From Chloroflexota bacterium (GTDB lineage: Bacteria > Chloroflexota > Limnocylindria > Limnocylindrales > CSP1-4), in assembly GCA_040882425.1 (NCBI GenBank), contig JBBEBJ010000197.1, positions 6,632 to 59,894 on the forward strand: 53,263 nt of DNA, in the 5' to 3' direction. Shown here one piece after another: positions 36,227-46,252 of the stretch (position 1 is its first letter; each line of letters opens with the position of its first letter). Made by a program: the position numbers and the translations under genes. Under the pieces are notes generated by a model, which saw only the letters and a list, made by a program, of their open reading frames with translations, was not told the origin of the DNA and made no database searches.

Positions 36227-36460
36227 ATGGCAGCAAAGGACCTGGTCGAATACGTCGCGAAGGCGCTCGTCGATGATCCCTCGGCCGTCACCGTGGACGT
36301 GGTGGAGGAGGACGGCGCCACCGTCATCGAGCTCCACGTCGCCGAGGACGACATGGGCAAGGTGATCGGGCGCAATGGCAGCGTCGCCAAGGCGCTCCGA
36401 ACGCTGCTCAAGGTGACCGCCGCCCGCGATGGCGAGCCGGTCCAGCTCGAGATCCTCTGA
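36227..36460 (+). CDS. KH-domain RNA-binding protein (YlqC/UPF0109-like)
   Basis: MAAKDLVEYVAKALVDDP...GKVIGRNGSVAKALRTLL. It holds the conserved position between rpsP and rimM. The ORF-track start at 36071 overlaps rpsP. Confidence 0.9.
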   Translation: MAAKDLVEYVAKALVDDPSAVTVDVVEEDGATVIELHVAEDDMGKVIGRNGSVAKALRTLLKVTAARDGEPVQLEIL

Positions 36461-36474
36461 GCGACCTACGTCTC

Positions 36475-37134
36475 GTGGTCGCCCTCGTTCGGGGCGTCCA
36501 CGGACTGCAAGGCGCCGTTCGGGTGGAGGTCTTGACCGACCGCCCGGCCGAGCGTTTCGTTCCGGGTGCCGTGCTCTACCGCGAGGGAGGCGACGAGCCG
36601 CTGACAATCTCGAGCGCGGAGGAGATCGTGGACGGCCCCGGCTGGCGGATCCGCTTTCGTGAGCTGACGACGCGTGACGCGGCGGACACGCTCCGGAATG
36701 CCTACCTGGAGGCGGTGGTCCGTCCGGAGGAGGACCTCACCCGCGGCCAGTATTACTGGCACGAGGTGGTCGGCACGGCCGTCCGCGGCGTGGATGGGGC
36801 GGATCTCGGAACGGTGCAGGACATCTATCGCGTCGGCGAGACCGAGGTGTTCGTGGTGAGCGGCGGTCCGGTCGGCGGCTTCGACCTGCCGGCCGTCCGC
36901 GCGTTCATCCGGATCTTCGCGCCGCGCCGCGGCGAGATCGTGGTCGATGCCGAGGCCCTCGACCTGCGACCGCCCAGGGACCGCGGTCCCGAGGCCGGCC
37001 GTCCCAGGGCACCGCGCCGCGGAAGCCGACGAGCCGCGCCGACGGCCGATGTGGCGGCCGGTGCGCCCGCGGAGGCCGAGGGGCCGGGCGACCCCGACGC
37101 ACCCGGCTCAGCGAGTCCGGAGCCCGGCCCGTGA
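36475..37134 (+). CDS. rimM: 16S rRNA processing protein RimM, with a basic Pro/Arg-rich tail
   Basis: [21 protein letters not shown]...YYWHEVVG...VFVV. It holds the conserved position before trmD. Confidence 0.9.
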   Translation: MVALVRGVHGLQGAVRVEVLTDRPAERFVPGAVLYREGGDEPLTISSAEEIVDGPGWRIRFRELTTRDAADTLRNAYLEAVVRPEEDLTRGQYYWHEVVGTAVRGVDGADLGTVQDIYRVGETEVFVVSGGPVGGFDLPAVRAFIRIFAPRRGEIVVDAEALDLRPPRDRGPEAGRPRAPRRGSRRAAPTADVAAGAPAEAEGPGDPDAPGSASPEPGP

Positions 37135-37892
37135 CCCTCGAGATCGACATCCTGACCCTCTTCCCGGCGATGGTCGAGGCGCCATTGGCCCAGAGCATCC
37201 CGGGCCGTATCCAGGAGCAGGGCCTGGCCACGCTCCACGTCCACGACCTGCGGGAGTGGGGGATCGGGCGTCACCGATCGGTCGACGATGCCCCGTACGG
37301 CGGGGGGGCGGGAATGATCCTGCGGCCGGAGCCGGTGGCGGCCGCGCTCGACGCCCTTCGCCGACCGGGATCGACGGTAGTCCTGCTCGATCCGGTCGGC
37401 GAGGTCTTTACCCAGGCTCGGGCCACGGACCTCGCGACCCGTTCCCACCTCGTGTTCGTGTGCCCGCGCTACGAGGGCGTGGATGAGCGGATCCGCGCGC
37501 TCGTGGACCTCGAGCTCTCGATCGGCGACTTCGTGTTGACCGGCGGCGAGCTGCCCGCCCTGGTCGTCATCGATGCAGTGATCCGCCTGCTCCCGGGCGC
37601 GATCGAGAAGGCCTCGATCACGGAGGAATCGTTCTCGGCGGGGCTGCTCGAATACCCGCAATACACGCGACCGCCGACCTTTCGCGGGATGGACGTCCCG
37701 GCCATTCTCACGTCAGGCGATCACGGAGCCGTCGCCCGCTGGCGGCGGGAACAGGCGCTCGAGCGGACCCTGGTGCGGCGACCGGATCTACTTGGCGAAC
37801 GGACGGTGTCGACCGGACCGCCGGCGTCGCCATCGGCGCCGACGGACCCGACGACGCGGGTAAGGCGATCGCGCTCGACCGGCGCGACCTGA
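37131..37892 (+). CDS. trmD: tRNA (guanine37-N1)-methyltransferase TrmD
   Basis: [40 protein letters not shown] start overlaps the rimM stop (GTGA). Confidence 0.95.
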   Translation: MTLEIDILTLFPAMVEAPLAQSIPGRIQEQGLATLHVHDLREWGIGRHRSVDDAPYGGGAGMILRPEPVAAALDALRRPGSTVVLLDPVGEVFTQARATDLATRSHLVFVCPRYEGVDERIRALVDLELSIGDFVLTGGELPALVVIDAVIRLLPGAIEKASITEESFSAGLLEYPQYTRPPTFRGMDVPAILTSGDHGAVARWRREQALERTLVRRPDLLGERTVSTGPPASPSAPTDPTTRVRRSRSTGAT

Positions 37893-37907
37893 TCGTGGCC
37901 GGGCCCA

Positions 37908-37916
37908 TGCTATACT
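37908..37916 (+). promoter_or_regulatory. candidate extended -10 promoter TGcTATACT for rplS
   Basis: aTGcTATACTccgcgg lies about 83 nt upstream of GTG 37999. The TATACTCCGCG string matches the one at 10958. Confidence 0.45.
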
Positions 37917-37998
37917 CCGCGGCCGGCGCCCCTGCGCGCCGCCTCCAAACCGTCCGCCCCGCAGCTCATGGCTGCCCAGCCGAGTCAGGAATCGCCGC

Positions 37999-38349
37999 GT
38001 GAACGTGCTCGACGAGATCGTCCAGGACCAGCTTCGCACCGACTTGCCGGAGCTCGCGACCGGCGACACCGTCAAGGTGTCGGCCAAGGTCGTGGAGGGC
38101 ACCCGTGAGCGGATCCAGGTGTTCGAGGGCACCGTGATGCGGCTCCGGGGCGGCGGGATCACCCGCTCGATCACCGTCCGCCGGATCGCCTCGGGCGTCG
38201 GCGTTGAGCGGACGTTCAAGATCAACAGCCCCCGGATCGAGAAGATCGAGGTCGTCCGACACGGCGTCGCCCGCCGCGCGCAGCTCTACTTCCTGCGCGA
38301 TCGCGTCGGCAAGGCCGCCACGCTGCGCGAGCGCCGCACCCGCAGCTGA
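37999..38349 (+). CDS. rplS: 50S ribosomal protein L19
   Basis: [32 protein letters not shown]...ERTF...SPRIEKIEV. Confidence 0.96.
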   Translation: MNVLDEIVQDQLRTDLPELATGDTVKVSAKVVEGTRERIQVFEGTVMRLRGGGITRSITVRRIASGVGVERTFKINSPRIEKIEVVRHGVARRAQLYFLRDRVGKAATLRERRTRS

Positions 38350-38374
38350 GTTCCGGGCATTCGGCTCCAGCTCC

Positions 38375-38405
38375 CGACCCCGTCACGCGGCGGGGTCGTT
38401 TGATT
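38375..38405 (+). terminator. intrinsic terminator after rplS
   Basis: An 8-bp stem (CGACCCCG 38375-82 pairing with CGGGGTCG 38391-98) and an 8-nt loop are followed by TTTGATT. Confidence 0.6.
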
Positions 38406-38409
38406 CCGG

Positions 38410-38415
38410 TAGGCT
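38410..38415 (+). promoter_or_regulatory. candidate -10 box TAGGCT, 8 nt upstream of the rnhB ATG 38424
   Basis: ggTAGGCTatgacccgATG follows the rplS terminator directly, with no SD. Confidence 0.3.
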
Positions 38416-38423
38416 ATGACCCG

Positions 38424-39218
38424 ATGGCGCCCATCGTTCCGACGCTGAAATTCGAGCGCCGCCTCTGGCGCGAGGGCCTCACCCGGGTGGTCGGCGTGGA
38501 CGAGGTCGGGGTCGCTCCCACCTGCGGCGCGGTGTTGGCGGCGGCCGTGATCATGCGCCCCAACTGCCACCGGGTCCCCGGCGTGCGCGACTCCAAGACC
38601 CTCTCGGCCGCGCAGCGCGAGCGCCTGGCCCCGCGGATCAGGGCGCGAGCCGTGGCGGTCGGCGTAGGCGCCGCATCGGTCCGCGAGATCGACCAGCTCA
38701 ACATCTACCACGCCACCCACCTCGCGATGCGCCGGGCGATCGCCCGGGTCGGCGGTCACGAGCACGTCCTGGTCGACGGCAACAGGATCACCGGGTTCGA
38801 GTCGCTCGTCGGCCCGTATACCAACGTGGTCGACGGGGACGCCAAGGTCTATTCGATCGCGTGCGCGTCGGTCATCGCCAAGGTCGTCCGCGACCGGATG
38901 ATGACGTTGCTTGCGGCCCGCTACCCGGGCTATGGCTGGGAACACAACCAGGGGTACGCGACGCTCGAACATCGCCGTGCCATCCGCCGGCTGGGGCTGA
39001 CGCCGTTCCATCGGCGCTCGTTTCTGGCGCTCCAGCGGACGCTGGCCGGAGACCAGTTCTCGCTCGACCTGTTCGGGGAGGGCCTGGCTGCGCGGCTCCT
39101 CGATGACGAGCTCGAGGACGCGCTCGACGAAGTGGTGCCGGTCGGCGGGGGACTGGACCCGGCGATCCTGATCGACCCGACGACCGACCTGGATCTGACC
39201 GAGGCCGGCGCCCGATAA
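38424..39218 (+). CDS. rnhB: ribonuclease HII (variant lacking the GRG motif)
   Basis: GVDEVG..., DSKTLS, VLVDGN, DAKVYSIACASVIAKVVRD, HNQGYAT..H, HRRSF. Start is ATG 38424 (the ORF track uses TTG 38400). Confidence 0.88.
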   Translation: MAPIVPTLKFERRLWREGLTRVVGVDEVGVAPTCGAVLAAAVIMRPNCHRVPGVRDSKTLSAAQRERLAPRIRARAVAVGVGAASVREIDQLNIYHATHLAMRRAIARVGGHEHVLVDGNRITGFESLVGPYTNVVDGDAKVYSIACASVIAKVVRDRMMTLLAARYPGYGWEHNQGYATLEHRRAIRRLGLTPFHRRSFLALQRTLAGDQFSLDLFGEGLAARLLDDELEDALDEVVPVGGGLDPAILIDPTTDLDLTEAGAR

Positions 39219-39240
39219 GCGGCAATCGATCGAGGGTCGC

Positions 39241-39246
39241 TACCGT
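39241..39246 (+). promoter_or_regulatory. candidate -10 box TACCGT, 6 nt upstream of the yraN ATG
   Basis: gcTACCGTgcgccgATG, with no SD. Confidence 0.3.
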
Positions 39247-39252
39247 GCGCCG

Positions 39253-39627
39253 ATGCGTACGAACGCCCAGCGGTCGGGCGATGCGGCCGAGGAACTGGTT
39301 GCCGATCGCCTGGTGACGGCCGGGTGGTCGATCCTCGCGCGGAACGTCCACGTCGGCAGGCACGAGCTGGACCTGATCGCGGTCGACCCCGGACCGCCGG
39401 CCGCGCTCGTGGCAGTGGAGGTCCGCTGGCGCGCCGATCGCGGGTTCGGCCTCCCGGAGGAGACCGTGGACGCGCGAAAGCGCAGCCGCGTCAGGGTCGC
39501 CGCGTACGGCCTGCTCGAGCGCGGCGCGCTGCCCGACGGGTCCCGGCTGCCGCACCTGCCGCTGCGCTTCGACCTGATCGTGGTGGAGCCTGGCGACCGG
39601 GTCCGGCACCATCGCCACGCGATGTGA
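39253..39627 (+). CDS. yraN: YraN family (UPF0102) endonuclease-like protein
   Basis: GDAAEELVADRLVTAGWSILARNV..GRHELDLIAVD...VAVEVRWR. Confidence 0.85.
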   Translation: MRTNAQRSGDAAEELVADRLVTAGWSILARNVHVGRHELDLIAVDPGPPAALVAVEVRWRADRGFGLPEETVDARKRSRVRVAAYGLLERGALPDGSRLPHLPLRFDLIVVEPGDRVRHHRHAM

Positions 39628-39692
39628 CGGCGGACTCCGGCCTCGAGTGCCCAGGCGCAGCTCGTCACCTGCCGAGGGTACGCGCCCGGTTC

Positions 39693-39698
39693 TAGTAT
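39693..39698 (+). promoter_or_regulatory. candidate -10 box TAGTAT, 6 nt upstream of the NUDIX GTG
   Basis: tcTAGTATcggacgGTG, with no SD. Confidence 0.35.
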
Positions 39699-39704
39699 CG
39701 GACG

Positions 39705-40166
39705 GTGCGCGTCAGTGCGGGTGTCCTTCTGTTCCGACGAAGTCCGGTGGGGCTCGAGGTGCTGCTCGCCCATCCGGGCGGTCCGATCTTTGCCCGCCGC
39801 GACGAGGGCCACTGGACGATCCCCAAGGGCGAGCCCGACGTCGACGAGCCGCTGATCAGCGCTGCCAGACGGGAGTTCCGGGAGGAGATCGGGCTGCCGC
39901 CCCCCGAAGGCGAATGGGTCGAGCTCGGCTCGATCGTGCAGAAGGGCGGCAAGATCGTGCACGCCTGGGCGGTCGAAGGCGACCTTCGTCCCGAGGACGT
40001 CGTGTCGGAGACGTTCGTGCTCGAGTGGCCACCCCGCTCGGGCCGACGAGAGACGCACCCGGAGATCGATCGCGTGGCCTGGTTCGGTCCGGAGGAGGCG
40101 CGGCGTCGGATCAAGGACGCGCAGGTCCCGTTGATCGACCGGCTCGAGACATTGCTCGGCGGCTGA
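39705..40166 (+). CDS. NUDIX hydrolase
   Basis: Nudix box [23 protein letters not shown], preceded by WTIPKG. Confidence 0.85.
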   Translation: MRVSAGVLLFRRSPVGLEVLLAHPGGPIFARRDEGHWTIPKGEPDVDEPLISAARREFREEIGLPPPEGEWVELGSIVQKGGKIVHAWAVEGDLRPEDVVSETFVLEWPPRSGRRETHPEIDRVAWFGPEEARRRIKDAQVPLIDRLETLLGG

Positions 40167-40194
40167 CCGCGGGACCGGCTGGAACCCGGACCCG

Positions 40195-40203
40195 TGCTAC
40201 ACT
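40195..40203 (+). promoter_or_regulatory. candidate extended -10 promoter TGcTACACT for rpsB-tsf
   Basis: gTGcTACACTcccgcc lies about 170 nt upstream of ATG 40372. The leader is long and GC-rich. Confidence 0.3.
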
Positions 40204-40371
40204 CCCGCCCGGCCCGGGTCCGCCCGAGCCGTCAATCGATCTGCCCGCGCCAGGCGGCGCGGAGCTCACACGCGAACCGTTCCGACCGGGACGGTGCCGG
40301 CACCCTGCCCAGGGTCCGGCTCCCGGCGACGAGGTTCGCGGAGGAACGAACCGAACAGGAGGTCGCACACC

Positions 40372-41343
40372 ATGCCGTCCGTCTCGATGCGGCAGCTGCT
40401 GGAAGCCGGAGTCCACTTCGGCCACCAGACCCGGCGCTGGAATCCCAAGATGCGCCCGTTCATCTTTGCCGAGCGCAACGGGATCCACATCATCGATCTC
40501 GCCCAGACCGTCCAGCGTCTCGACGTCGCACTCGAATTCGTGCGCGAGACCGTCGCCCGCGGCGACCAGGTCCTGTTCGTCGGGACCAAGAAGCAGGCGC
40601 AGGAGCCGGTGGCCCAGGAGGCCTCGCGGGCCAATCAGCCGTACGTCAACAAGCGCTGGCTCGGCGGCATGCTCACCAACTTCACCACGATCAAGAAGCG
40701 GATCGGCCTGCTCGAGCAGCTCGAGGCGCGCCAGCAGAACGGCGACTTCGAGCGGATGACCAAGAAGGAGGCCGCGAAGCTGACGGAGGAGATGGTCAAG
40801 CTCCAGGGCACGCTCGGCGGGATGCGCAAGATGAAGCGCCTGCCGGGCGCCGTCTTCATCGTTGATCCGCACCGCGAGCGGATCGGCGTGACGGAGGCCA
40901 ACAAGCTCGAGATCCCGGTGGTCGGCACCGGTGACACGAACGTCGACCCGGACGAGCTCGACTACATCGTCCCCGCCAACGATGACGCCATCCGTGCCAT
41001 CCGCCTGCTGTGCACCCTGGTCGCGGATGCCGCGATCGAAGGCGCGCAGCAGCGCTCCGCCAGGAGTTCCGCGGAGCCGGAGCCGATCGAGGCGATGGCC
41101 ATGCCGGAGACAGAAGAGGAAGAGCCGGGCGCGACCGACGAGCTCGTTGCCGCGCTTGCCGGCGGGGCCGCACTGTCGTTCGAGCCGGACGTCGACGAGG
41201 ACGACCTGCTCCCGGGCGACCGGGTCGCGCGGGCCGAGGCCGCCGTTGCCGAGGCTCCGGCCGAAGCCAGCCCCGAGGAGATCGCCGCCGAGCTTGCCCG
41301 CGAGGCAGCGGAGAAGGCCGAGGAGACCGGCGCCGCCGGTTGA
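40372..41343 (+). CDS. rpsB: 30S ribosomal protein S2 with an acidic C-terminal extension
   Basis: CAGGAGG SD is present. [28 protein letters not shown] ~90-aa Glu/Ala/Pro-rich tail follows. Confidence 0.96.
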   Translation: MPSVSMRQLLEAGVHFGHQTRRWNPKMRPFIFAERNGIHIIDLAQTVQRLDVALEFVRETVARGDQVLFVGTKKQAQEPVAQEASRANQPYVNKRWLGGMLTNFTTIKKRIGLLEQLEARQQNGDFERMTKKEAAKLTEEMVKLQGTLGGMRKMKRLPGAVFIVDPHRERIGVTEANKLEIPVVGTGDTNVDPDELDYIVPANDDAIRAIRLLCTLVADAAIEGAQQRSARSSAEPEPIEAMAMPETEEEEPGATDELVAALAGGAALSFEPDVDEDDLLPGDRVARAEAAVAEAPAEASPEEIAAELAREAAEKAEETGAAG

Positions 41344-41360
41344 CCGAACGCGCAACGAGG

Positions 41361-41381
41361 GCCGTCCGCGCGACGGACGGC
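41361..41381 (+). other. GC hairpin just after the rpsB stop (possible rpsB-tsf attenuator, no U-tract)
   Basis: GCCGTCCG (41361-68) pairs with CGGACGGC (41374-81) around a 5-nt loop. A second small hairpin, CGCTCC-agc-GGAGCG, lies downstream. Confidence 0.25.
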
Positions 41382-41443
41382 ATCGACGCCAGGACAGACA
41401 GCGCCGCTCCAGCGGAGCGCGCAGGACAGGAGTACACGAAGGC

Positions 41444-42043
41444 ATGGCCGATATCTCGGCGGGACTGGTCAAGGAGCTTCGCGACCGGACGGGCGCCGGT
41501 TTCATGGACTGCAAGGAGGCCCTGGTCGCCGCGGACGGCGATCTGGACAAGGCAGCCGCGCTGCTGCGGGAGAAGGGATTGGCCGCGGCCGCGAAGAAGG
41601 CCAACCGTGAGGCCCTCGAGGGCCTGGTCTCGAGCTACATCCACACCGGGGGCCGGGTGGGCGTCCTCATCGAGGTGAACTGCGAGACCGACTTCGTCGC
41701 GCGCACCGATGAGTTCCAGCGGCTCGTCCGCGACCTGGCGGTCCAGGTTGCCGGTCTCTCCCCGTTGTACGTCGACGAGGCGCGTATCCCGCCGGCCGAT
41801 CTCGAGGCCAAGAAGGCCGAACTGCTCGCCGACGAGGCGACGGCGAAGAAACCCGAGAACATCCGCGCCCAGATCGTCGAGGGCCAGCTAAGGAAGTGGC
41901 ACGCCCAGGTCTGCCTGTACGACCAACCCTTCCGTGACGAGGAGCGCACGGTTCGCGACTTGATCAACGATCGGATCGCCACGATCGGCGAGAACATCCG
42001 GGTCCGCCGCTTCACCCGCTACGCACTTGCAGAAGAGCTGTGA
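41444..42043 (+). CDS. tsf: elongation factor Ts (short, ~199-aa form)
   Basis: [27 protein letters not shown]. Start is ATG 41444. The ORF-track start at 40931 overlaps rpsB. Confidence 0.94.
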   Translation: MADISAGLVKELRDRTGAGFMDCKEALVAADGDLDKAAALLREKGLAAAAKKANREALEGLVSSYIHTGGRVGVLIEVNCETDFVARTDEFQRLVRDLAVQVAGLSPLYVDEARIPPADLEAKKAELLADEATAKKPENIRAQIVEGQLRKWHAQVCLYDQPFRDEERTVRDLINDRIATIGENIRVRRFTRYALAEEL

Positions 42044-42831
42044 CGGAACCCACGACGGCGACGCCCGTGTCGGCCGCCGAGCTGCCGAGGTCGCTCCGCT
42101 ACCGGCGGGTCCTGCTCAAGCTGTCCGGTGAGGCCCTGCTCGGCGACCGTCAGTACGGCGTCGACCCCGCGTTCTGCGCGTTCATCGCCCGGCAGGTCGC
42201 GGAGATCCACGGGCTCGGCGTGCAGGTCGGGATCGTGGTTGGCGGCGGCAACATCTTCCGCGGCCTGGCCGCGTCGGCGCGCGGCATGGATCGGGCGACC
42301 GGCGATTACATCGGCATGCTGGCCACGGTCATGAACGGGCTGGCGCTCCAGGACGCCCTGGAACGCGCCGGTGTGCCGACCCGGGTGATGACTGCCATCG
42401 CCATGAACGAAGTTGCCGAGCCGTACATCCGACGCCGCGCGATCCGCCACCTCGAGAAGGGCCGGGTTACCCTGTTCGTGGCCGGGACCGGCAATCCGTA
42501 CTTCACCACGGACACGGCGGCCGCCCTGCGAGCTGTCGAGATCAACGCCGAGGTCCTGCTCAAGGCGACCAAGGTCGACGGCGTTTACGACCGTGATCCC
42601 ATGACGGACCCCGACGCGCGGCGGTACGCTCAGCTCGAGTATGCGGACCTGCTACGCGACCAGCTGCGGGTCCTCGATTCGACCGCCGTGAGCCTGTGCA
42701 TGGAGAACGATCTCCCGATCATCGTGTTCGACCTCAACCAGGCCGATAACATCACGCGGGTGGCCGTCGGCGAAGCGGTCGGCACCCTCATCTCGGGCGC
42801 CCCGAGCGCCGCCGGAGGTGCGCGATCATGA
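42040..42831 (+). CDS. pyrH: UMP kinase
   Basis: [10 protein letters not shown] and GGGNIFRG motifs. GTG start overlaps the tsf stop (GTGA). Confidence 0.95.
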   Translation: MTEPTTATPVSAAELPRSLRYRRVLLKLSGEALLGDRQYGVDPAFCAFIARQVAEIHGLGVQVGIVVGGGNIFRGLAASARGMDRATGDYIGMLATVMNGLALQDALERAGVPTRVMTAIAMNEVAEPYIRRRAIRHLEKGRVTLFVAGTGNPYFTTDTAAALRAVEINAEVLLKATKVDGVYDRDPMTDPDARRYAQLEYADLLRDQLRVLDSTAVSLCMENDLPIIVFDLNQADNITRVAVGEAVGTLISGAPSAAGGARS

Positions 42832-43385
42832 GCATCGAAATCCTGAGCGACACCGATCACAAGATGGCCCGCGCGGTTGAGGCCATGGAGCGCGACTTCC
42901 AGGGTCTTCGTACGGGGCGAGCCTCGACTGCCCTCGTCGAGCGGATCCACGTCGAGTATTACGGCACCTCGACGCCGCTCAACCAGCTCGCGGGGATCAG
43001 CGTCCCCGAGCCGCACCAGATCGTGATCCAGCCGTGGGATCGTGGCGTGCTCGGCGCGATCGAGAAGGCCATCCAGAAGAGCGACATCGGTCTCATGCCC
43101 AACGTGGACGGCACGGTGGTCCGTCTCAACATCCCGACGCTGACGGAGGAGCGTCGCAAGGACATCGTCAGAAGCGTCCACAAGCGGATGGAAGAAGCCA
43201 GGGTCGAGATCCGCAACCTCCGGCGCGACGCGGCCGACCACCTCAAGCGCGAGGAGAAGGACGGCAGCGTCGGCACGGACGAGGCGCATCGCGAGCTCGA
43301 GGCACTCCAGCGGACCACCGATCGTCACATCGGCGAGGTGGACCGGCTCGGCTCGATCAAGGAACAGGAGGTCCTCGAGGTCTAG
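42828..43385 (+). CDS. frr: ribosome recycling factor
   Basis: Typical 185-aa Frr (LRTGRAS..L...V.YYG..TPLNQLA). The ATG overlaps the pyrH stop (ATGA). Confidence 0.95.
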   Translation: MSIEILSDTDHKMARAVEAMERDFQGLRTGRASTALVERIHVEYYGTSTPLNQLAGISVPEPHQIVIQPWDRGVLGAIEKAIQKSDIGLMPNVDGTVVRLNIPTLTEERRKDIVRSVHKRMEEARVEIRNLRRDAADHLKREEKDGSVGTDEAHRELEALQRTTDRHIGEVDRLGSIKEQEVLEV

Positions 43386-44185
43386 TGGCGCGCGCACCCC
43401 TGGCCAGACCCACCGACGCGCCACCCACGGCTCAGGTGCCGGCACGCGGGGCAGTCGCCGGGATCGCCGAGCCCGCCGGCGACGTGCCGCTCCTCGCCCC
43501 GGAAGACCTCCCGCGTCACGTTGCGATCATCATGGATGGCAACCGGCGTTGGGCACGGCAGCGCAACCTGTCCGAGCTCGACGGGCACGCCGCCGGTGTG
43601 GAGGCCATTCGCGAGCTCCTGCGCCATGCGGTGCGTCGCGGGGTGCCGGTCATGACGCTCTACGCGTTCAGCCGTGAGAACTGGGCGCGCTCCGACGACG
43701 AGGTCACCGGTCTCTTCGGCCTGCTGGAGGCCGCCATCCGGAGCGAGACGGCCGAGCTTCGCGCCCAGGGTGTCCGGATCCGGCTCCTGGGGCGCCTCGA
43801 CGAGCTGCCCGCTGCCACGCGCGCGTCGATCGGTGAGGCGCTCGACGCGACAGCCGGCGGTGACCGGCTCCTGCTCAACGTCGCGTTCAATTACGCCGGT
43901 CGAACCGAGCTGGTCGACGCCTTCCGGCGGCTGGCGGCCAGCGGGGTACCGCCCGAAGCCATCGACGAGGACGCCATCAGCGCCTCGCTCTACACGGCGG
44001 GTCTCCCGGATCCGGACCTCGTGATCCGGACCGGTGGGGAGCAGCGGCTCTCCAACTTCCTGATCTGGCAGTCGGCGTATGCCGAGTTCTACACCTGCGA
44101 GGCGCTCTGGCCCGACTTCGGACCCGACGCGTTCGACGCCGCCCTGCTCGAGTTCGCCAGCCGGCAGCGCCGATTCGGTCGCTGA
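43385..44185 (+). CDS. uppS: undecaprenyl (isoprenyl) diphosphate synthase
   Basis: HVAIIMDGNRRWA and IRTGGEQRLSNFLIWQSAYAEFY motifs. The start is uncertain: GTG 43385 overlapping the frr stop, or GTG 43436 or 43484. The ORF-track start at 43034 overlaps frr. Confidence 0.9.
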   Translation: MARAPLARPTDAPPTAQVPARGAVAGIAEPAGDVPLLAPEDLPRHVAIIMDGNRRWARQRNLSELDGHAAGVEAIRELLRHAVRRGVPVMTLYAFSRENWARSDDEVTGLFGLLEAAIRSETAELRAQGVRIRLLGRLDELPAATRASIGEALDATAGGDRLLLNVAFNYAGRTELVDAFRRLAASGVPPEAIDEDAISASLYTAGLPDPDLVIRTGGEQRLSNFLIWQSAYAEFYTCEALWPDFGPDAFDAALLEFASRQRRFGR

Positions 44186-44202
44186 GCGGGTCGGGTCAAG
44201 GC

Positions 44203-45030
44203 ATGCGTCAGCGGGCGATCAGCGCCGCCGTGCTCGTGCCGGTGCTGCTGGTCGTGCTCGCGGTCGGCGGGCCGGTCCTCGCGGCCGCCGTCGCGCTTGT
44301 CACGGTCCTGGCCGCGGTCGAGGTCTTCCGCCTGCTGCAGGCGTCGGGATATCCGCCTCTTCCGGCGCTCGGGACGGCGCTGGCACTCGCGGTGGTCCTC
44401 GACGCGGCGTTCCCCGAGGTCCTCGAGCGGAGTGGGCTGCTCCTGGGGGCGGTCGGCATGGTCCTGGTCGCCGTTGCGTCGTTCACCCGGCAGGACCCGC
44501 ACGACGGCCTGGCGACGTGGATCGCCACGATCCTTGGCGCCCTGTACGTGTCGCTCCTCGCGTTCCTGCTGCGCCTGGGCCACGCGGCACCGGCGGTGCC
44601 GGACGCCGCGCCGGCGGCCTGGCTGGGGGCCGAACGAGGCTGGATCCTCCTCCTGGTCCTGGCGGTCTGGTCGTGTGACACCGGCGCGTACCTGGTGGGG
44701 AAGAACTTCGGCCGAACACGGTTCCTGACCCACATCTCGCCGTCGAAGACGATCGAGGGCTTCATCGGCGGTGTCGTCGCCACGACGGTCGTGGTCGGTC
44801 TGGTGCTCTGGGCGCTCGGCCAGCCGCCGGTCCATGCACTGGCCCTCGGGCCGCTGGCCGCATTCGCCGCCCAGGTGGGCGACCTTGCCGAGTCGATGAT
44901 CAAGCGCGCCGCGGGTGCCACCGATTCGGGGACGCTGATCCCGGGACACGGCGGCATCCTCGATCGAGTCGACTCGTTCCTCTTCGCCGCGCCCGTGGTA
45001 ACGCTCTACGTCATCGCCGTCATCCGCTGA
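44203..45030 (+). CDS. cdsA: phosphatidate cytidylyltransferase
   Basis: Multi-TM protein with SMIKRAAGATDSGTLIPGHGGILDRVDS. Confidence 0.93.
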   Translation: MRQRAISAAVLVPVLLVVLAVGGPVLAAAVALVTVLAAVEVFRLLQASGYPPLPALGTALALAVVLDAAFPEVLERSGLLLGAVGMVLVAVASFTRQDPHDGLATWIATILGALYVSLLAFLLRLGHAAPAVPDAAPAAWLGAERGWILLLVLAVWSCDTGAYLVGKNFGRTRFLTHISPSKTIEGFIGGVVATTVVVGLVLWALGQPPVHALALGPLAAFAAQVGDLAESMIKRAAGATDSGTLIPGHGGILDRVDSFLFAAPVVTLYVIAVIR

Positions 45031-45031
45031 C

Positions 45032-46252
45032 ATGACGACCCCCGCCGATCCGCCGCGCCGGGTCGCATTGCTCGGGTCCACCGGATCGATCGGGCGCCAG
45101 GCCGTGGACGTCCTGGCGGGCCATCCCGACCTGTTCACGGTGGTCGCGCTCGCCGCGGGCTCCAATGCGGGCATCCTGGCCGAACAGGCGGTGCGCCTCC
45201 GACCGGCGGTCGTCGCGCTGGGCGACGAGGCGGCTCTCGCGAGCCTCGATCTCCCGGCTGGCACGGAGCGCCTGACAGGGACCGATGCGCTGCAGACGCT
45301 CGCCACGCGTGGCGACGTTGACCTCGTGATCGTCGCAACCGGCGGGCTGGTGAGCCTGCGACCGGTCATCGCCGCGCTCGACGCGGGCAAGGTCGTGGCG
45401 ACGGCCAACAAGGAGACGCTTGTCGCCGGTGGGCACCTGGTGATGCCGGCAGCGCGGTCGCTCGCCCGGCAGCGTGCGGCAACCGACCCGCGCGACCCGT
45501 ACGCGAGCCCGTTGGCCTGGATCCGACCGATCGACTCGGAGCACTCGGCGATCTGGCAGTGCCTGGTCGGAGAGCAGATGGCGACGGTGGCCGCATTGAT
45601 CCTGACCGCGTCCGGTGGACCGTTTCTCGACGCGCCGGCGGATCTCGCGGAGGTGACCCCGCAGGAGGCGCTCCGTCACCCGACCTGGTCGATGGGTGCC
45701 AAGATCACGATCGACTCGGCGACGTTGGCAAACAAGGGCCTGGAGGTGATCGAGGCGCACTGGCTGTACGATGTCGACTACGACGCGATCGAGGTGATCA
45801 TCCACCCCCAGAGCGTCGTCCACTCGGCCGTCCGCTTCGTCGACGGCTCCCTCAAGGCCCAGCTGGGCACCCCGGACATGCGACTTCCCATCCAGTACGC
45901 GTTGACCTATCCCGACCGCCGTCCCTCGCCGGCCGTCCCGCCCGACCTGATCGGGACCGGCCGCCTCGAGTTCCGGGCGCCCGACGAGGCGCGCTTCCCG
46001 GCGCTGCGGATCGCCCGCGAGGCGGGTCGCATGGGCCCACGCGCATCGGCCGCCCTGATCGTCGCGGACGAGGTCGCCGTCGCCAGGTTCCTCGCCAGGA
46101 CGCTCCAGTTCACCGGCATCCCTCACTTGCTCGAGGCCGCCGTGCTGCGTTTTGGCACCGGCTCGGCTGCGCCTGACCTCGAGGAGCTCGTCTCGCTCGA
46201 CCGCGAGATCCGCGCCGCCTATTCGACCGGCCCAATCGGGAGCGCAGCATGA
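45032..46252 (+). CDS. dxr: 1-deoxy-D-xylulose 5-phosphate reductoisomerase
   Basis: LLGSTGSIGRQAVDV, DSEHSAIWQC, NKGLEVIEAHWL. Confidence 0.95.
   Translation: MTTPADPPRRVALLGSTGSIGRQAVDVLAGHPDLFTVVALAAGSNAGILAEQAVRLRPAVVALGDEAALASLDLPAGTERLTGTDALQTLATRGDVDLVIVATGGLVSLRPVIAALDAGKVVATANKETLVAGGHLVMPAARSLARQRAATDPRDPYASPLAWIRPIDSEHSAIWQCLVGEQMATVAALILTASGGPFLDAPADLAEVTPQEALRHPTWSMGAKITIDSATLANKGLEVIEAHWLYDVDYDAIEVIIHPQSVVHSAVRFVDGSLKAQLGTPDMRLPIQYALTYPDRRPSPAVPPDLIGTGRLEFRAPDEARFPALRIAREAGRMGPRASAALIVADEVAVARFLARTLQFTGIPHLLEAAVLRFGTGSAAPDLEELVSLDREIRAAYSTGPIGSAA

Noticed and set aside
38493-38534. Compensating double frameshift as the cause of the missing GRG motif in RNase HII.
   Set aside because: The other two frames across this segment (RSGSLPPAARCW and GRGRSHLRRGV) do not reproduce the canonical GRGxLAGPV continuation.
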